Of a stretch of 64,000 bases of DNA, positions 20,607 through 29,755 are shown in pieces. The stretch covers positions 26-64,025 of the forward strand of contig JAJRVX010000401.1 in NCBI GenBank assembly GCA_024277095.1. The letters run 5' to 3'. The notes below the pieces were generated by a model that did not search any database, was not told the origin of the DNA, and was given only the letters and a program-made list of their open reading frames with translations. The first letter of the stretch is position 1; each line of letters begins with the position of its first letter. This stretch comes from Chloroflexota bacterium (lineage in GTDB: Bacteria; Chloroflexota; Anaerolineae; DUEN01). A program made the position numbers and the translations under genes.

Positions 20607-20655
20607 TTGCATGTTGCGTGCTGCGTGTTGCGTATTGCGTGTTGCGTGCTGCGTA
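20607..20655 (+). repeat. Seven tandem heptamers YTGCRTR filling the intergenic spacer before the aminotransferase RBS
   Basis: ttgcatg ttgcgtg ctgcgtg ttgcgta ttgcgtg ttgcgtg ctgcgta, then agaggagagaggat ATG. Confidence 0.9.
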
Positions 20656-20669
20656 AGAGGAGAGAGGAT

Positions 20670-21833
20670 ATGAAGTTAGCATCCGCTGTGTATCGGCTGA
20701 AGAGCGAATCCGCCTTTGAGGTGCTGGCGCGCGCCCGGGAGTTGGAGGCCCAGGGCCGCACGGTAGTCCACATGCAGATCGGCGAGCCCGATTTCGACAC
20801 GCCCGCCCACATCGTCGACGCGGCGATCGACGCGCTGCAGCGAGGGGAGACCCACTACACCCCCGCGGCGGGCATCCTTCCCCTGCGAGAGGCCATCGCC
20901 GCTTATGTCGAGCGCACTCGAGGATGCCCGGTGAGCCCGGATCAGGTGGTGGTCACGCCCGGCGCCAAACCCATCATGTTCTTCACCATGCTGGCGCTCC
21001 TGGAGCCCGGCGACGAGTGCGTGTATCCGGATCCGGGATTCCCCATCTACGAGTCCATGATCCGTTACCTCGGCGCCAAGCCCGTGCCTGCCCCGCTGCG
21101 CATGGAGAACCACTTCCGATTCGATGCAGACGAGCTGTCCGATCTGGTGAACGACCGCACCAAGCTGCTGATCCTCAATTCCCCTCAGAACCCGACCGGG
21201 GGCGTCCTGCTCCGATCGGACCTGGAGCGGATCGCGGATCTGGCCCAGCGGCACGATTTCTACGTGCTCTCCGATGAGATCTACAGCCGCATCCTGTACG
21301 AGGGGCAGCACCACTCGATCATCACGCTGCCCGGCATGGCCGAGCGCTCCGTGCTCCTGGACGGCTTCTCGAAGACCTACGCGATGACGGGATGGCGGCT
21401 GGGATACGGGGTCTTCCCGCCGGAACTGGTCCCGCACATCGTGCGCCTGCAGGTGAACTCCAACTCCTGCGCGGCCGCGTTCACCCAATGGGCCGGCATC
21501 GCCGCGCTGACGGGGCCGCAGGAGCCAGTGGAACGCATGGTAGCCGAGTTCCGTCGCCGCCGGGACCTCATCGTAGAAGGGCTGAACCGACTGCCGGGCG
21601 TGCGCTGCCTGATGCCGGACGGCGCCTTCTACGCCTTCCCCAACATCGAGGGCACCGGACTGACGTCCAAGGCGCTGGCGGACAAGCTTCTGGAGGAAGC
21701 GGGCGTGGCGACCCTCTCCGGCGCCTCCTTCGGTCGCCACGGCGAGGGGTTCCTGCGGCTGAGCTACGCCACGTCCATCGAGAACATCCAGCAAGGGCTG
21801 GAGCGTATGGAGGCCGCGCTCAGCCGGCTGTGA
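20670..21833 (+). CDS. Class I/II PLP-dependent aminotransferase (aspartate aminotransferase-like)
   Basis: SKTYAMTGWRLGY (PLP lysine) and NSPQNPTGG. The start is taken at ATG 20670 behind GGAGAGAGG. Confidence 0.85.
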   Translation: MKLASAVYRLKSESAFEVLARARELEAQGRTVVHMQIGEPDFDTPAHIVDAAIDALQRGETHYTPAAGILPLREAIAAYVERTRGCPVSPDQVVVTPGAKPIMFFTMLALLEPGDECVYPDPGFPIYESMIRYLGAKPVPAPLRMENHFRFDADELSDLVNDRTKLLILNSPQNPTGGVLLRSDLERIADLAQRHDFYVLSDEIYSRILYEGQHHSIITLPGMAERSVLLDGFSKTYAMTGWRLGYGVFPPELVPHIVRLQVNSNSCAAAFTQWAGIAALTGPQEPVERMVAEFRRRRDLIVEGLNRLPGVRCLMPDGAFYAFPNIEGTGLTSKALADKLLEEAGVATLSGASFGRHGEGFLRLSYATSIENIQQGLERMEAALSRL

Positions 21834-21894
21834 TCCGAACGTGCTCCCATCTGGGATGCCATCGTCCAGCACGGAGGAGGGCATGAGCCGGCCA

Positions 21895-22359
21895 TCACCG
21901 CCGGGGTCTACGCCGTTCCCGCGAGGCGGCCGGCAATCGGCCCGTCGCCGTGCGCAACAGCCACTCCCCATCACGACCGCTCACCGGGATCACGATCCCC
22001 AACAGCCGCCCCTGCGCGTCGATCTCGCAGATGGCCCGCCGGCGCACCTGCTCCGGCGCTCCGTTCCCCGGCCACGAGGTCAGATAAAACGTGCCGATCC
22101 GGGCGGTCTCATCATACGTGATGTATCCCCACGACCAGGTGGGTGGTTCTTCCGTCTGGGTGAACGCCTCCAATCGCTTCCGCAGGCGGAGCCGCTTGTG
22201 GTCTTGCACCTGAACCCGTACCAGCTCGCCCCCCCGCCCGATCTCACAGATCACGTTGGCCCCTATCCGCTCGGCCTCGCCCGGCCGACCGAACCAGATC
22301 TGGATCTGATCCTGATCCTCGTGGTAGACGACCGCCGACTTCCGAAAGTAGATCTTCAT
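21895..22359 (-). CDS. Hypothetical protein, possibly two DUF2283-like repeats
   Basis: ATG 22359 lies behind GGGAGG. MKIYFRK...VICEIGRGGELVRVQV and YDETARIGTFYL...ICEIDAQGRLLGIVIP. Confidence 0.4.
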   Translation of the reverse strand: MKIYFRKSAVVYHEDQDQIQIWFGRPGEAERIGANVICEIGRGGELVRVQVQDHKRLRLRKRLEAFTQTEEPPTWSWGYITYDETARIGTFYLTSWPGNGAPEQVRRRAICEIDAQGRLLGIVIPVSGRDGEWLLRTATGRLPAASRERRRPRR

Positions 22360-22375
22360 GATCCTCCCATTATCC

Positions 22376-23266
22376 CTACATCTCCACCAGGGCGGAGAGG
22401 CCCACCGCCTCCAACGCCTCGTGAAACTCCTCCCGCCTCTCGGCGGGCAGCGGCAGGCCGGGCAGACGAGGCTCCCCGCAGTCAAACCCGAGCATGCGCA
22501 TGACCTCCCGCAAAGCGCCCGGAAATCCGAACGCCTCCAACACACGGGTCACCTGATTCGCCCGGATCTGAAGCTCCAGCCCACGCTCCAGGTCCCCCGC
22601 CTCGTAGCACTGCCGGATCTCCCGATACACCCCGGGCATGAAGTTCAGCGTGGAGCCGATGTTGCCGGTGGAACCCATCATCGCCGCGAACAGGCACTGC
22701 TCATCCATACCGGAGAACGTCGTCCAATCCTGCTCTCGGAGCGTCACGATCTGCCGAAACTCGTGCATGTTCGGCCCCGTATACTTGAGGCCCGCCAGGT
22801 TGGGAATGCACTGCAACAGCTCTCGCATGAAGGCGACCGCATCGGTGGTGCCGCCGAAGATGTACGACAGGACGGGCAGGTCCGGCACCGCCGCTGCGAT
22901 CTCGGCGAAATACGCCACCACGCCGAGCGTGTCCCGATAGAGGGGCGGGATGATGCTGCTCACCGCGGCCGCCCCGGCCTCCCGGGCGTGCCGCGCCAGG
23001 GCGACGGCGTCCCCGGCGGCGACGCTGCCCACATGCACGATGACGGGCACCCGTCCCCTCACCTGATCCAGGACGACCTCCGTCACCCGCCTGCGATCGT
23101 CCGCCGACATGAAGATCCCCTCGCCGGTGGTGCCGCAGACGTAGAACCCGTCCACGCCCTTCCCCAGCAAATACTCCACCAGATCTCGCAGCACCGGCTC
23201 GCCCACCTGCCCATCCGGCATAGAAGGCGTCACCAGAGCGGGCCACACCCCGTGAAATACAGGCAT
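22376..23266 (-). CDS. Dihydrodipicolinate synthase / N-acetylneuraminate lyase family protein
   Basis: 296 aa. GVDGFYVCGTTGEG and a DapA-family (TIM barrel aldolase) layout. Confidence 0.75.
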   Translation of the reverse strand: MPVFHGVWPALVTPSMPDGQVGEPVLRDLVEYLLGKGVDGFYVCGTTGEGIFMSADDRRRVTEVVLDQVRGRVPVIVHVGSVAAGDAVALARHAREAGAAAVSSIIPPLYRDTLGVVAYFAEIAAAVPDLPVLSYIFGGTTDAVAFMRELLQCIPNLAGLKYTGPNMHEFRQIVTLREQDWTTFSGMDEQCLFAAMMGSTGNIGSTLNFMPGVYREIRQCYEAGDLERGLELQIRANQVTRVLEAFGFPGALREVMRMLGFDCGEPRLPGLPLPAERREEFHEALEAVGLSALVEM

Positions 23267-23444
23267 GCATATCCTCCCCAGCGCGATGAAATCGACGCCG
23301 AACCGGGCCCCCTCCGCCCCACAGCGAAGGGAACCGCCCTGTTACGGCATCCGGTCAGCAGTATACCCAAGGTGGAGGAAAAGAGAAAGCCTGTCGCGCC
23401 GTCGGTAGTGTATCCAAAATGGTGGAAATTCCGCCAGGCCCATC

Positions 23445-23625
23445 GCAAGCCACAGGGGAGGTGCAGAGGGACCTCCCGCCGCCAAAACATCCTCTCTTTC
23501 CGCTTTGCACTGGACCTTTCCCGGCCTGATTCGGGTGGCAAGGCCGGGCGAGGCAGGTGAGGGGCGGAAACCGGGAAGTCTCTTTTGAGGGGCTGCGCCC
23601 CTCAAAGCTCCCTGCTGTATTTCCA
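23445..23625 (-). repeat. MITE-like repeat, diverged copy D
   Basis: Shares its module order with copy B: ccacaggggaggtgcagagggacctccc ... gaggggctgcgcccctc. The termini are not recognisable. Confidence 0.55.
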
Positions 23626-23778
23626 CCCGAAAAAGGCACACTACCGCGCCGTCATGGCCTCTCGTCCCCCCACCCGGGCGCGGCGTCGCTCATCCCGAGA
23701 TGCGCTTCTGGACATCTTCGCAAACTTCCGATACCATGCGCCGGGGAGAACCGTATCACATCCGAACGTGGAGGAGCC

Positions 23779-25452
23779 ATGAATTTCGACGCCGTCTTTC
23801 GATCACGCCGTAGCAACGTGATGGCCACGCGTGGGGTCGTGGCCACCAGCCAGCCGCTGGCCGCTCAGGCGGGCCTGGATATCCTGAGGGCCGGCGGCAA
23901 CGCGGCTGATGCCGCGGTCGCCACCGCCGCCATGCTCAACGTCGTCGAGCCCATCTCCACCGGCATCGGCGGCGATTGCTTCGCCCTCTACTACGACGCC
24001 AAGACCAAGACGGTCACGGCGCTGAACGGATCGGGCCGGGCCCCGGCGGCCGCCTCCATCGAGGAGCTGCGCCGACTGGGATACACGAAGATGCCCACCT
24101 TCACCGGCCATACGGTCACCATCCCCGGCACCGTGGCCGGCTGGGCCGATCTGCTGGAGCGCCACGGCCGCATGACCCTGGCCGACGTATTGCAGCTGGC
24201 CATCTGGACGGCCGAGAACGGATACCCGGTCACGGAGCTGATCGCCACCGGTTGGGCGCGCCAGGTGAAGAAGCTGCTGCGCGCCCCCGACTGGGAGAGC
24301 GGCGATCTGGACAACGGGCCGGAGCAGCCCAGCGGCAATGAGCTGCTGATCGATGGCCGGGCGCCGCGGCCGGGCGAGATCATGCGCCTCCCCACCCTGG
24401 CCGAGACGCTGCGCGGCATCGCCGCCGAGGGCAAGGATTACATCTACAAGGGCGAGTTCGCCCGCAAGCTCAGCGAGCACGTGCAGCGATACGGTGGCTG
24501 GATCACGCCCGAGGACATGGCCGCCCACGCGTCCACCTGGGATGAGCCCATCACGGCGGAGTATCGGGGCGTCACGTTGTACGAGTGTCCCCCCAACGGC
24601 CAGGGGCTGGCCGCCATCATCGCCGTGAACCTGGCCGCCGGGTTCGATCTGGCCGCCATGAGCGAGGCGGACCGGCTGCACGTGATGATCGAGTGCATGC
24701 GGCTGGCCTTCGCCGACGCCCAGCAATGGGTGTGCGATCCCCGCGTGGTGAACATCCCGCTGGAGGAGCTGGTCAGCCCCGAATACGCCGACCAGCGTCG
24801 CCGGCGCATCGACATGCATCAGGCGGCCCGGGACGTCCCTTATGGCGATCCCATTGCCGGGTCGGACACGGTGTATCTAAGCGTGGTGGACGGCGAGGGG
24901 AACGCGTGCAGCTTCATCAACAGCCTGTACATGGGCACGGGGACCGGCCTGGTGGTGCCCGGCACGGGGGTCAGCCTGCAGAACCGGGGGGCGCTCTTCG
25001 TGCTCGATCCGGAGCATCCCAACGCGCTGGCACCTAACAAGCGGCCATACCACACCATCATCCCGGCCATGACGACCCGGGACGGCGAACTGCACGCCAG
25101 CTTTGGGGTGATGGGCGGCTACATGCAACCGCAGGGGCATTTCCAGATGCTGGTGAACATGCTGGACCTGGGGATGGCGCCGCAGCAGGCGCTGGACGTG
25201 CCCCGTTGGATGCTGGCGGGGCCGAGTGCCGGGCTGGGCGCCCAGGAGCCGGGCGGCCTGGTGATGATCGAGGAGGGTTGGGATTTCGGCGTCATGGCCG
25301 AGCTGGCGCGACGGGGGCATCGGCTGGCGCCGGTGGACGGGTTCGGCCGGGCCGTGTTTGGCGGCGGGCAGATCATCCTGCGCGACCCGGATACCGGCGT
25401 GCTCATCGCCGGCAGCGACCCGCGCAAGGACGGCTGCGCGGTGGGATGGTGA
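23779..25452 (+). CDS. ggt: Gamma-glutamyltransferase family protein
   Basis: ATG 23779 lies behind GGAGGAG. ATSQPLAAQAGLDILRAGGNAADAAVA and the autoprocessing region GSDTVYLSVVDGEGN. Confidence 0.85.
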   Translation: MNFDAVFRSRRSNVMATRGVVATSQPLAAQAGLDILRAGGNAADAAVATAAMLNVVEPISTGIGGDCFALYYDAKTKTVTALNGSGRAPAAASIEELRRLGYTKMPTFTGHTVTIPGTVAGWADLLERHGRMTLADVLQLAIWTAENGYPVTELIATGWARQVKKLLRAPDWESGDLDNGPEQPSGNELLIDGRAPRPGEIMRLPTLAETLRGIAAEGKDYIYKGEFARKLSEHVQRYGGWITPEDMAAHASTWDEPITAEYRGVTLYECPPNGQGLAAIIAVNLAAGFDLAAMSEADRLHVMIECMRLAFADAQQWVCDPRVVNIPLEELVSPEYADQRRRRIDMHQAARDVPYGDPIAGSDTVYLSVVDGEGNACSFINSLYMGTGTGLVVPGTGVSLQNRGALFVLDPEHPNALAPNKRPYHTIIPAMTTRDGELHASFGVMGGYMQPQGHFQMLVNMLDLGMAPQQALDVPRWMLAGPSAGLGAQEPGGLVMIEEGWDFGVMAELARRGHRLAPVDGFGRAVFGGGQIILRDPDTGVLIAGSDPRKDGCAVGW

Positions 25453-25628
25453 GTGGTAGCGGCGATTCACGAATCGCCGCTACCAGATCGCCGCCACCAG
25501 ATCACCGCTACCGGACCGCCGCCATCAGATCGCTGCTACCTCCAGGAGAGCACCACGGAGCTGAGCGCAACGAGAGGGAACGAACCATACCTCGTAATCG
25601 CAACTCCCTGCGGCTGTCGGTACCTGTC

Positions 25629-26237
25629 TTATCCTATCCCCCCCTGCCAGAGCTGATAAAGGCCGAAGAGGAACAGCGCCACGGCGGACAGGCCGTTCAG
25701 GACGCGGCGAACCCGCGAGCCCAACCGCCCGGCCGTGGCGAAGAGGATGACAAGGGCGGCGAAGCCGCCGACGAGGGCGCCGTAGAAGCCCACCACAAAG
25801 CTGACGCCCAGGCTGGCCGACCGCCGCCATCCATCCAGCAGGATGGGCCCGGCGACGATTCCCCAGAACAGATAGGGATTGGGATTCAGCGCGTTCATCA
25901 CGATCGCCTTGGCCAGGCTCCGCTGCCCGGATTCCGCCGGCCCCCCTACCGGATCTATCGGCCCCCGGGCTACCCGGTAGGCACTCCAGGCCAGGTAGAG
26001 GATGAACAATCCCCCGGCCACCTGCAGGGCGCGCAGGAACCCATCGGGCAGGCGGGTCAACGCCAGAAGCACCAGGGCAATGATGGGACCATCGCTGAAA
26101 AGCGGGGCCAGGGCAGCCGGAAGCGTCCGTCGCCACCCGTTCCGCATCGTTTGCGACAACAGGAACGCCTGAAACGGGCCAGGCGACGCCGCCCCTGAGA
26201 TCCCTAGCGCCATCCCCTGCAACAGATACGCGAACAA
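25629..26237 (-). CDS. LysE-family amino-acid exporter
   Basis: 202 aa with 5-6 TM segments and the N-terminal block GISGAASPGPFQAFLLSQT. Confidence 0.75.
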   Translation of the reverse strand: MFAYLLQGMALGISGAASPGPFQAFLLSQTMRNGWRRTLPAALAPLFSDGPIIALVLLALTRLPDGFLRALQVAGGLFILYLAWSAYRVARGPIDPVGGPAESGQRSLAKAIVMNALNPNPYLFWGIVAGPILLDGWRRSASLGVSFVVGFYGALVGGFAALVILFATAGRLGSRVRRVLNGLSAVALFLFGLYQLWQGGIG

Positions 26238-26255
26238 AGCTCCCTCCCGCCGACG

Positions 26256-26291
26256 AATAGGAAACGCCCGACGCCACCTGGCGCCGGGCGC
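26256..26291 (-). terminator. Probable valS terminator hairpin
   Basis: Stem cgcccgacgcc / ggcgccgggcg, followed on the minus strand by tttcctatt. Confidence 0.45.
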
Positions 26292-26320
26292 CTACACGAT
26301 TCACATCCCCAACGAATCGC

Positions 26321-29041
26321 TCACTCCAACAGGGACAGCCGCTCCTGTAGCCGGGACAGCCGTTCCTTCAGTTCGGCCAGCTTGGCCTCCTCCCGGGCGA
26401 CCACCTCGGCCGGGGCCTTGGTGCGGAAGCCATCGTTGCTGAGCAGCTTCTCGCTGCGCTGGATGTCACGCCGCACGGCCGTTATGGCCTTGCTCAGCCG
26501 GGCCCGCTCCGCCTCCAGATCTACCATGCCGGCCAGCGGCAGGTACACCGTCGCCCCGCCAGCCACGATCGTCACCGCCCGCTCCGGCGCCGGCAACGTC
26601 CCCTCGATCACCAGCCGGTCGGGATCCAGCCGCGCCAGCGAGATCAATACCTCCTGCTGGGATCGCAGCAGCGCCGTCTCGTCGCCGGCGCTGATCATGG
26701 CAGCGATCCGCCTCCCCGGCTCCACATCGTACTCAGCCCGGGCGTTCCGGATGCCACGCACGATCTCCTGCACCAGGTCCATCTGCGCCTCGGCCGCCTC
26801 GTCCAGCGCGCCGGCCTCCGGCCAGCGGGCGATGATCAGCGCCTCGCCCTGATGCGGCACCTGCTGCCAGATCGCCTCGGTCACAAACGGCATGAACGGA
26901 TGCAACAGACGCAACGTGCGCTCCAGCACGTACACCAACACCCGCCGGACCGTCGCCTTGGCGTCGTCATCCTCGCCATACAGGCGGATCTTGGCGATCT
27001 CGATGAACCAATCGCAGAACTCGCCCCAGAGGAACTCGTAGATCCGGCGGCCGGCCTCCCCATACTGGTACGACTCCATCATCTCCGTGATCTCGCCCAC
27101 CAGCCGATGATAGCGGCTGATGACCCAGCGATCGGCCAGGGTGAGGCCCGGATCGTCCGGGCTCATGTCCTCCACCGGCCCCGTGTCGTCCAGATTGGTG
27201 ATCACGAAGCGGGCCGCGTTCCACACCTTGTTGGCGAAGTTGCGCGCCGCCTCCACCTTCTTCACATCCAGCCGGACGTCGTTGCCCGGCGTGCTGGACG
27301 TCATCAGGGTGAAACGCAGAGCATCACACCCGTACTGGTCGATCAGCTCCACCGGATCCAGCGCGTTGCCCAGCGACTTGCTCATCTTCCGTCCCTGGGC
27401 GTCCCGGATGATCCCGTGCAGGTACACCACGCTGAAAGGCGGCTTGCCGGTGAACTTCAGCCCCAGCATGATCATGCGCGCCACCCAGAAGAACAGGATG
27501 TCGTACCCGGTCTCCAGCACGCTGGTCGGATAAAAATACTTATAGTCCTCGGTCTCCTCAGGCCAGCCCAGCGTACTGAAGGGCCACAGCCCGGACGAGA
27601 ACCAGGTGTCCAGCACGTCCGGATCCTGTTCGATGTTCTTGCTGCCGCAGTGTGCGCACTCGGTGGGATCGACGATCTCACACGTCTGTCCGCCGCAATC
27701 CTTGCAGTACCACACCGGGATACGATGCCCCCACCACAACTGGCGACTGATACACCAATCCCGAATATTCTCCATCCAGTTGAAGTAGACGCGAGCGAAG
27801 CGATCCGGGATGATGCGGATGCGCCCATCCCGCACCACGTCGATGGCCGGCTCGGCCAACGGTTTGATCCGCACGAACCATTGGGTGGAGATACGCGGCT
27901 CCACGATAGTACCGCACCGCTGGCAATGTCCGATGGCGTGACGATGCGGCTCCACCTTTACCAACAGCCCTTCCTTCTCCAGATCGGCCACCAGACGCTC
28001 CCGACACTGGAAGCGATCCAACCCGGCGTACGGCCCCGCCTCCTCGCTCATGGCGCCCGTGTCCGTCATCACGTCCACCTGCGGCAGGTCGTGCCGCTGC
28101 CCGATCTCGTAGTCGGTGGGGTCGTGGGCCGGGGTCACCTTCACCGCGCCGGTGCCGAACTCCGGGTCCACCGCGTCATCGGCGACGATGGGAATGCGAC
28201 GGCCCAACGCCGGCAGCACGGCCATACGCCCCACCGTCCGAGCGTAGCGTTCGTCCTCGGGATGCACAGCCACCGCCGTATCGCCCAGGATCGTCTCCGG
28301 GCGGGTGGTCGCCACCTGGATGAATTCGGTCGCCTCCTCGGCCCAGCGGCCCGATCCCCACTCGGCACGTGGCCCATCCCATTCCTCGGTGATCAGCGGA
28401 TAGCGCACATACCACAGATGGCCATCTTCCTCCTCGTGCTCCACCTCCAGATCGGAGATGGCCGACTCGCAGCGAGGACACCAGTTCACCAGATAGGTAC
28501 CGCGATAGATCAACCCCTCCTTGTACAGGGTGACGAAGGCGGTGCGCACGGCGCGAGACCGCCCCTCATCCAGCGTGAACCGTTCCCGATCCCAATCGCA
28601 GCTCACGCCCAGCCGACGGTGCTGCTCCGTGATGCGAGCGCCGTACTCTTCCTTCCAGGCCCACACACGCTCCAGAAACTTCTCTCGCCCCAGGTCGTGG
28701 CGGGTCAACCCCTCCCTGGCCAGTTGGCGTTCCACCACGTTCTGGGTGGCAATGCCAGCGTGATCCGTGCCCGGCACCCATAGCGTAGGAACGCCTTTCA
28801 TACGATGATATCGGATCATGAGATCCTCGACCGCGGCCGTCATAGCATGCCCCAGATGCAGCACGCCGGTCACGTTGGGCGGCGGCATGGAGATCACGAA
28901 CGGTTTCTGATCCCGGCTGGCCAGCCCCTTGGCAAACTGGGTCTCCGGCTTGAAATATTTCTGAGACTCCCACCAATCGTAGATCTGTTGCTCGAACTCC
29001 CTTGGGTTATACGTCTTGGGCATCTCTCTCTGATCAGCCAT
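26321..29041 (-). CDS. valS: Valine--tRNA ligase
   Basis: HIGH region (PPPNVTGVLHLGHA), KMSKS, and a C-terminal coiled coil. ATG 29041 (MADQ..) lies behind GGAAGGAG. The track start is 29059. Confidence 0.95.
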   Translation of the reverse strand: MADQREMPKTYNPREFEQQIYDWWESQKYFKPETQFAKGLASRDQKPFVISMPPPNVTGVLHLGHAMTAAVEDLMIRYHRMKGVPTLWVPGTDHAGIATQNVVERQLAREGLTRHDLGREKFLERVWAWKEEYGARITEQHRRLGVSCDWDRERFTLDEGRSRAVRTAFVTLYKEGLIYRGTYLVNWCPRCESAISDLEVEHEEEDGHLWYVRYPLITEEWDGPRAEWGSGRWAEEATEFIQVATTRPETILGDTAVAVHPEDERYARTVGRMAVLPALGRRIPIVADDAVDPEFGTGAVKVTPAHDPTDYEIGQRHDLPQVDVMTDTGAMSEEAGPYAGLDRFQCRERLVADLEKEGLLVKVEPHRHAIGHCQRCGTIVEPRISTQWFVRIKPLAEPAIDVVRDGRIRIIPDRFARVYFNWMENIRDWCISRQLWWGHRIPVWYCKDCGGQTCEIVDPTECAHCGSKNIEQDPDVLDTWFSSGLWPFSTLGWPEETEDYKYFYPTSVLETGYDILFFWVARMIMLGLKFTGKPPFSVVYLHGIIRDAQGRKMSKSLGNALDPVELIDQYGCDALRFTLMTSSTPGNDVRLDVKKVEAARNFANKVWNAARFVITNLDDTGPVEDMSPDDPGLTLADRWVISRYHRLVGEITEMMESYQYGEAGRRIYEFLWGEFCDWFIEIAKIRLYGEDDDAKATVRRVLVYVLERTLRLLHPFMPFVTEAIWQQVPHQGEALIIARWPEAGALDEAAEAQMDLVQEIVRGIRNARAEYDVEPGRRIAAMISAGDETALLRSQQEVLISLARLDPDRLVIEGTLPAPERAVTIVAGGATVYLPLAGMVDLEAERARLSKAITAVRRDIQRSEKLLSNDGFRTKAPAEVVAREEAKLAELKERLSRLQERLSLLE

Positions 29042-29089
29042 CGCGCTCCTTCCCCCCATGCATGTCCCCTGTCTCCAATCTCAATCTCC

Positions 29090-29325
29090 AACGAAAAACC
29101 CCCTCGCCACAAGGACGAGAGGGTTCTCCCGCGGTACCACCTTGCTTGACGGAAAGCGTTCCGCTTCCCGTCCACTCTGTCGCGATAACGGGCGAACCCG
29201 GGCCTCCCTACTGGTGTTCAGGAGGCCAGCTCCCCGGCGACCTTCGGCGGCGCTTGTCGGGCGAGGCTCCCAGCCGACGACCTCGCCTCTCTGGCGACCG
29301 CGTACCGCCTACTCCTCCGGTTCCC
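29090..29325 (-). promoter_or_regulatory. T-box leader (tRNA-sensing riboswitch) of valS with a terminator
   Basis: The minus strand reads ...caagcaaGGTGGTACCGCGggagaaccctctcgtccttgtggcgagggggttttt. That is the canonical T-box sequence followed by a terminator hairpin and U-run. Upstream there are an AGAGA element and GAAGGUCG (candidate GUC Val specifier). Confidence 0.8.
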
Positions 29326-29343
29326 AGCCATTGTCTCTGTTAG

Positions 29344-29598
29344 AGCGTGTCTGAAAATTTACCGGTTAAGGTGTCTGAGGGGCTCTCTCAGTTACCAGCT
29401 CCACAGGGGGAGGTGTGGAGGGGACCTCCCCTCCACGGAAAACCCACTTTTCCGGCTTGCACCTGCCTTTCTCTGCCCTTTCCGAAGGACTCGGGCCGGG
29501 GCCGGGCAGGTCGAAGGCGGGAGAAGGGCTTTTTCCGGAGGGGCGAAGCCCCTCCGGGCCTCCCCATAGCAGGGATAACGGCATTTCTCAGACACTCT
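29344..29598 (-). repeat. MITE-like repeat, full-length copy B
   Basis: TIRs are gagcGTGTCTGAAAATT... and ...ATTTCTCAGACACtctc (about 15/17 match). They are flanked by TTA / TTA. The internal palindromes are the same as in copy A. Confidence 0.85.
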
Positions 29599-29662
29599 CT
29601 TAGCGATGAAATTATAGCCCCAGGTCAACGGGGTGTCAAACAGGACAAAGCGCGAATGGCGG

Positions 29663-29701
29663 GGGGCTTTTGAGGGTTTGCATCCCCCAAAAGCCCCCTC
29701 C
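29663..29701 (-). terminator. Hairpin downstream of the protease gene
   Basis: 11-bp stem gggggcttttg ... caaaagccccc. Confidence 0.35.
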
Positions 29702-29755
29702 CTCGCCCAGCTCTCCCCTTCCTCACCTGGGCGATCGATCCCATGGTCGCCCTTC

